Below are positions 60,153 through 64,000 of a stretch of 64,000 bases of DNA, one piece after another. The stretch lies in contig CM082579.2 of assembly GCA_040954595.2 (NCBI GenBank), positions 740,922 through 804,921 of the forward strand, in the 5' to 3' direction. The first letter of the stretch is position 1, and every line of letters begins with the position of its first letter. Source of the DNA: Balanoglossus misakiensis (Eukaryota > Animalia > Hemichordata). The notes under the pieces are model-generated. The model saw only the letters and a list, made by a program, of their open reading frames with translations, had not been told where the DNA came from and ran no database searches. The translations under genes and the position numbers were made by a program.

Positions 60153-60392
60153 TCGGATCGGTGAAGTTCACGGACATCTGAATGGCTAAGACATGAACAA
60201 AAACGAGTCAGTCAATTCATTGTCGATAAACTTCAGTGATCATCCTCATGTTTCGAAGCGCATGCGCCGATAATGGGTGGATGTTTTACGAATCTCAGGA
60301 AGTGGTTACAAGTGATCGGAACACGTTTTCAAACGTGAATCTCTTGATTAAATATCTCCAGGTATCACTAGAAAATTTCAGGAATTCTATAA

Positions 60393-60442
60393 TAAATACG
60401 CATTTGATTATCACGAATTCGAGATAATCAAATGCGTATTTA
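60393..60442. repeat. 50-bp near-perfect palindrome
   Basis: TAAATACGCATTTGATTATC-A-CGAATTCG-A-GATAATCAAATGCGTATTTA: a single A/A mismatch. Confidence 0.92.
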
Positions 60443-60461
60443 ACTTGAATTTGTGGTTCCT

Positions 60462-60692
60462 TCCGACGCTGACGAAGGAACTGCACCTTATTTTCAAACC
60501 CATGCAATAACAGATCGTGTGGCGAACAAAGCACGCAGCGAATGTCACGTTTTTTTTATGATTTTCATCTGTAAATTAGTAAAATGATGTAAACCATGTA
60601 CGTATTCTTTGAAAAGAATAAGGCTTCGCGAAATATCACATCCGCAAATTACGAACACATAGGCCTACGTGATCACCGTCAACCTTTGAAAT
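60462..60692. repeat. ~240-bp direct duplication, copy 2
   Basis: Collinear with 59905-60152. Confidence 0.9.
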
Positions 60693-62771
60693 TGCTGATA
60701 TTTTGTGACTTTGCTAAAGTTTAACCATCGTAAATCGCAAAGTCTGGCTTCGATATTTGGTTTGGAAGATAAATCTGCGTGGAAATAAACTGAAATGAGG
60801 ATTTTGTACATGACATTTTCTCTGAGAATATGATGTAAACAGCACAGAAAGGTAATACGCTATGGTCTTTAACACTTTTTCCCTACAAGTTCTTTTCACT
60901 GTGCGTCACCGACATATTTGCTAACCAAACTTAAGCATTACTATGGCACCCGCGGCCTTTGCTTCCAATGTGCAAATGTATGTGCGTCATCATGGCTTGT
61001 TTTTCCGAAGAAAAGATGTCTCGAGTACTCCCGCACGACCATTTATATACATTTGGCGTACGATCGAGTTGTGATGACATATACAGTGAAGGCCTGGGGA
61101 TTTTAGTTTTAGTTTTCTTGTACCGTATTTTTAGAATCAAGAGTGAAAATTTGAGATGATCTGGACTCACTCACATCCCTCTGTGTCCGCTACGAGGCTC
61201 TGGACGTCGGACAGTGATGCGCCCTCAACACTGGTTTTGGCTAAGCAAGACCGGCACCAAACTTTTGAAGTTTGGGGACCATGGACGTAAGTTTGGGCAG
61301 TGTACTTATTTGCATTGCAATAATAATGTCATTCCGCGTGTGACCCAGAGATCCCTATGATGAGATCCTCTCAGGCTGAAAAACATCAACTGTTGCATGT
61401 TGTAAACATGTTTTCGACATAGCACAGAGATCATTTGACCGAAAACGCAGGTCAGTCTGTAGACAATGGGTCTACCATATCAAAGTAGTTAGGGGGTACA
61501 GAAACCCTAGGAGAGTGGATACGAACATCACTGGCAGGTACAATTTGCTAGCTGACGACGTACGTGTTGAAGGGACCGAAAAGTCTGAAGGGAAGGTGGG
61601 AAAATATCCAATTAGTCAACTCAGCCCGCGAAGACGAGTCGATTCTCAGCCTGGATCAAGTTTGAAATGAAAGAACGTACCCCCATATTTGGATTTCAGC
61701 CTCACCGCCACCAGAACCGTTTGCGGTAGTTCCGTTTCTAACACTGCGGTGCGTGTTGAAGGCCTAATCGAGCTATTTACATACGGGGACTACGGTAAGA
61801 CAGTCCTGTTTTTGGACTTGTTTGAAGTTTGTAGTGGAGGATCGACCTACAGGGGTGAATTTCAAATGCAATCATGTCGACTCTCATTTTGAACGTGCAG
61901 TGCCATCAGTCACTTCATGCATAGTGATTGTGTTACGTGCAAATCTGAGTATCAGATCACCCCCAGGCATTTCAGTTGCATGCATGCATGCTCGGCATGA
62001 ATGATATATACAGGTGGAGAGGAAAAGAGATCATCCGTACTTTACAAGCTGGCGACATACAATAGGTGCCATGAAAAGTGAACAAAAAATAGATGAATTA
62101 CATGAAAATGAAATTATTTTCATGAAACCTAAATGCTGACATTTTCAGTTTTTTTTGAACATCCGTTAGAATGAGATGATTACTTAAAAGAATGTGGTAA
62201 TAATGTCATACTCGAAATTCATCCCCTGTCTCTGCTCTACTCCACACCATGGCCACCTCACCGTCACACCACTCCCATGGTGGAGGGACAATGTGCCATG
62301 TCTGTGTGTCGCGTTGGATTACTAGCAGCAAATACTGAAAGGTCGAGTAAACAAATCCCTTGTTAATGAATAACTTGGAGCAGTCATTGTCCCGAGTAAA
62401 AAGTCAGACGAGTGATGAAGTCTGATCAGATCGAGGTCAGATTATAGATCGGGTCAAGCTAACCGTTTCTTTTAGGTCAGGTGTCCTCGATGCAAAAACC
62501 AGTCTGGTTTCATGGCTAGTATCATTGTGAAGTGACAAGGGTGGATTGTTCTGTTTTTCGTACCTTTGTAAAAATTATGATATCATAGTTTATGCCGATT
62601 ATGATATGCGGAAAAACACAAGGAGCTTTTACAAACTGAAATCACAAACCCATTGTAATCACGGTAGGCATATATTTCTTCTGGTGTACCCTTCATTTGA
62701 GTTGTAGATAAATATTATAGTGATCAAAATCATAACACGTTCTTATTTTACTCCAGGCAATTCTGGTTACC

Positions 62772-64000
62772 ATGGCAAGCAGAAGACTGATCATCCGGGC
62801 ATTTCGACTGCTACTGATCCTTTTAGCAGTGGTCGCCGTAACTCTTCTTTTTCGGCATGTCAGCAGAACACGGGAGCCCCAGTATGAAGAATCAGAAAAA
62901 CACATAGACTTCGTGGGTGGGGCTATGTCCCGTCCCAGGCGGCCCTTTGACGACAAGATGAAAGAAACGCAGTTGATTCCAGTGAAAAATTCTGTTGTGC
63001 CAAAAATAGTTCACTTTATTTGGCTGGAAGAAAAACCTTTCCGGTTTCATCACTTGCTGGCGCTAAAATCAGCGTTTCGTCACATCCGGCCAGAAGCGAT
63101 ATGGTTCCACACGAACATTCAAGACATGGAAAAACATGGGGACGCAGAATCGGAAAAATATTGGAAAGAAACAAAAATTATTCCAAATTTTAAAGTTGTA
63201 CCGTGGGACGGACCCAAGTATAACAGCCAACAGGACTATAAAAATAAGAACTATCTTCGATTAGCGGTCATGATGGAAATGTTGCGCGATCACGGCGGGA
63301 TATATCTTGACCTTGACGTCATTGTATTAAAATCTTTCGAACCTTTACTTCATTATGAGTTTGTAATTGGGAGGGAAGATTTCGGTTTGAGTACGGGTGT
63401 TGTTATAGCCAGACCCCGAGCACCATTCTTAGAGAAATGGTTTCTATGGTCTCACAACAGCAAATCGGAGCATTTTGATCCAGAAGACGCGCTGTTCGAC
63501 GTTGCCATGGAGTATCCTGAACTGGTTCACATCGAAGAGTTTGGATTCCGACGTCAAGATACTTGGAAGGGTCCGGAGGATTGGGGCAACTTGTTCCATG
63601 GCGGGATTGATCATAGTGATAACTACGCAGTCAAACTATACTACGGGCTCATGGAGAAAGAATATAACCCGGAACAGATCAAATCACTGAAGTCCTCGTT
63701 CGGTGCCATGGCAAGATTGTCCTATTACGCCAGTCCCGCACTCTCGGCAACCAACTGGCATCCTCCCAAAGGCGCCAAAAACGTTGTTCCCAACATAATT
63801 CACTACGTCTGGTTCACTCCCCACGAATTCAAATTCCATCACTTTCTTGGCGCCAAGAGTGTCGTCCACATCCAGAAAGCTGACCGCATTCTCTTCCACA
63901 CAGACTCCGAACCAATAGGTTTCTGGTGGGATGAGTTCAAGAGAATCGCTGGTCCTCTCTTGGAAATCGTCCATTGCGATCAACCGACGGAAGTTTTCGG
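62772..64000 (+). CDS. Type II membrane glycosyltransferase with tandem GT32-like (DXD, alpha-1,4-GT/Och1-like) domains; 3' end outside window
   Basis: Frame is open from ATG 62772 (ACCATGG, after acceptor ...TTTTACTCCAG at 62756) to the window end. MASRRLIIRAFRLLLILLAVVAVTLLFRH signal-anchor. VVPKIVHFIW at 62994, HGGIYLDLDVIVLKSFEPLL at ~63291, and a second domain start VVPNIIHYVWF at 63783 in the same frame. It is missing from the ORF track because there is no stop codon inside the window. Confidence 0.88.
   Translation, partial: MASRRLIIRAFRLLLILLAVVAVTLLFRHVSRTREPQYEESEKHIDFVGGAMSRPRRPFDDKMKETQLIPVKNSVVPKIVHFIWLEEKPFRFHHLLALKSAFRHIRPEAIWFHTNIQDMEKHGDAESEKYWKETKIIPNFKVVPWDGPKYNSQQDYKNKNYLRLAVMMEMLRDHGGIYLDLDVIVLKSFEPLLHYEFVIGREDFGLSTGVVIARPRAPFLEKWFLWSHNSKSEHFDPEDALFDVAMEYPELVHIEEFGFRRQDTWKGPEDWGNLFHGGIDHSDNYAVKLYYGLMEKEYNPEQIKSLKSSFGAMARLSYYASPALSATNWHPPKGAKNVVPNIIHYVWFTPHEFKFHHFLGAKSVVHIQKADRILFHTDSEPIGFWWDEFKRIAGPLLEIVHCDQPTEVF

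Overview
This is eukaryotic (animal) genomic DNA, most likely from a marine invertebrate deuterostome such as a hemichordate or echinoderm (inferred from gene content, not proven). The first ~16.1 kb is a highly homogeneous 87-bp satellite array. It has an abrupt strand inversion at ~2237-2240, two arms with different diagnostic variants, multi-monomer segmental duplications and a decayed edge monomer. All long ORFs in that region are artefacts of the repeat. About 11 kb of repeat-containing non-coding DNA follows. The rest holds five genes. (1) A 10-exon, ~1633-aa predicted secreted mosaic protein: signal peptide, 4 cadherin repeats, calsyntenin-like LamG region, calsyntenin/bacterial-adhesin-like repeats, receptor-L-type LRR, 2 EGF domains and no TM segment. 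(2) A 4-exon Phox2 homeobox gene. (3) A 3-exon BDH1-like SDR on the minus strand. (4) A single-coding-exon rhodopsin-class GPCR. (5) A type II membrane glycosyltransferase with two tandem GT32-like domains, which runs off the window end and is absent from the ORF track. Exon coordinates were derived by hand from GT-AG sites and reading-frame phase. All homology calls come from recalled motifs; no searches were run.
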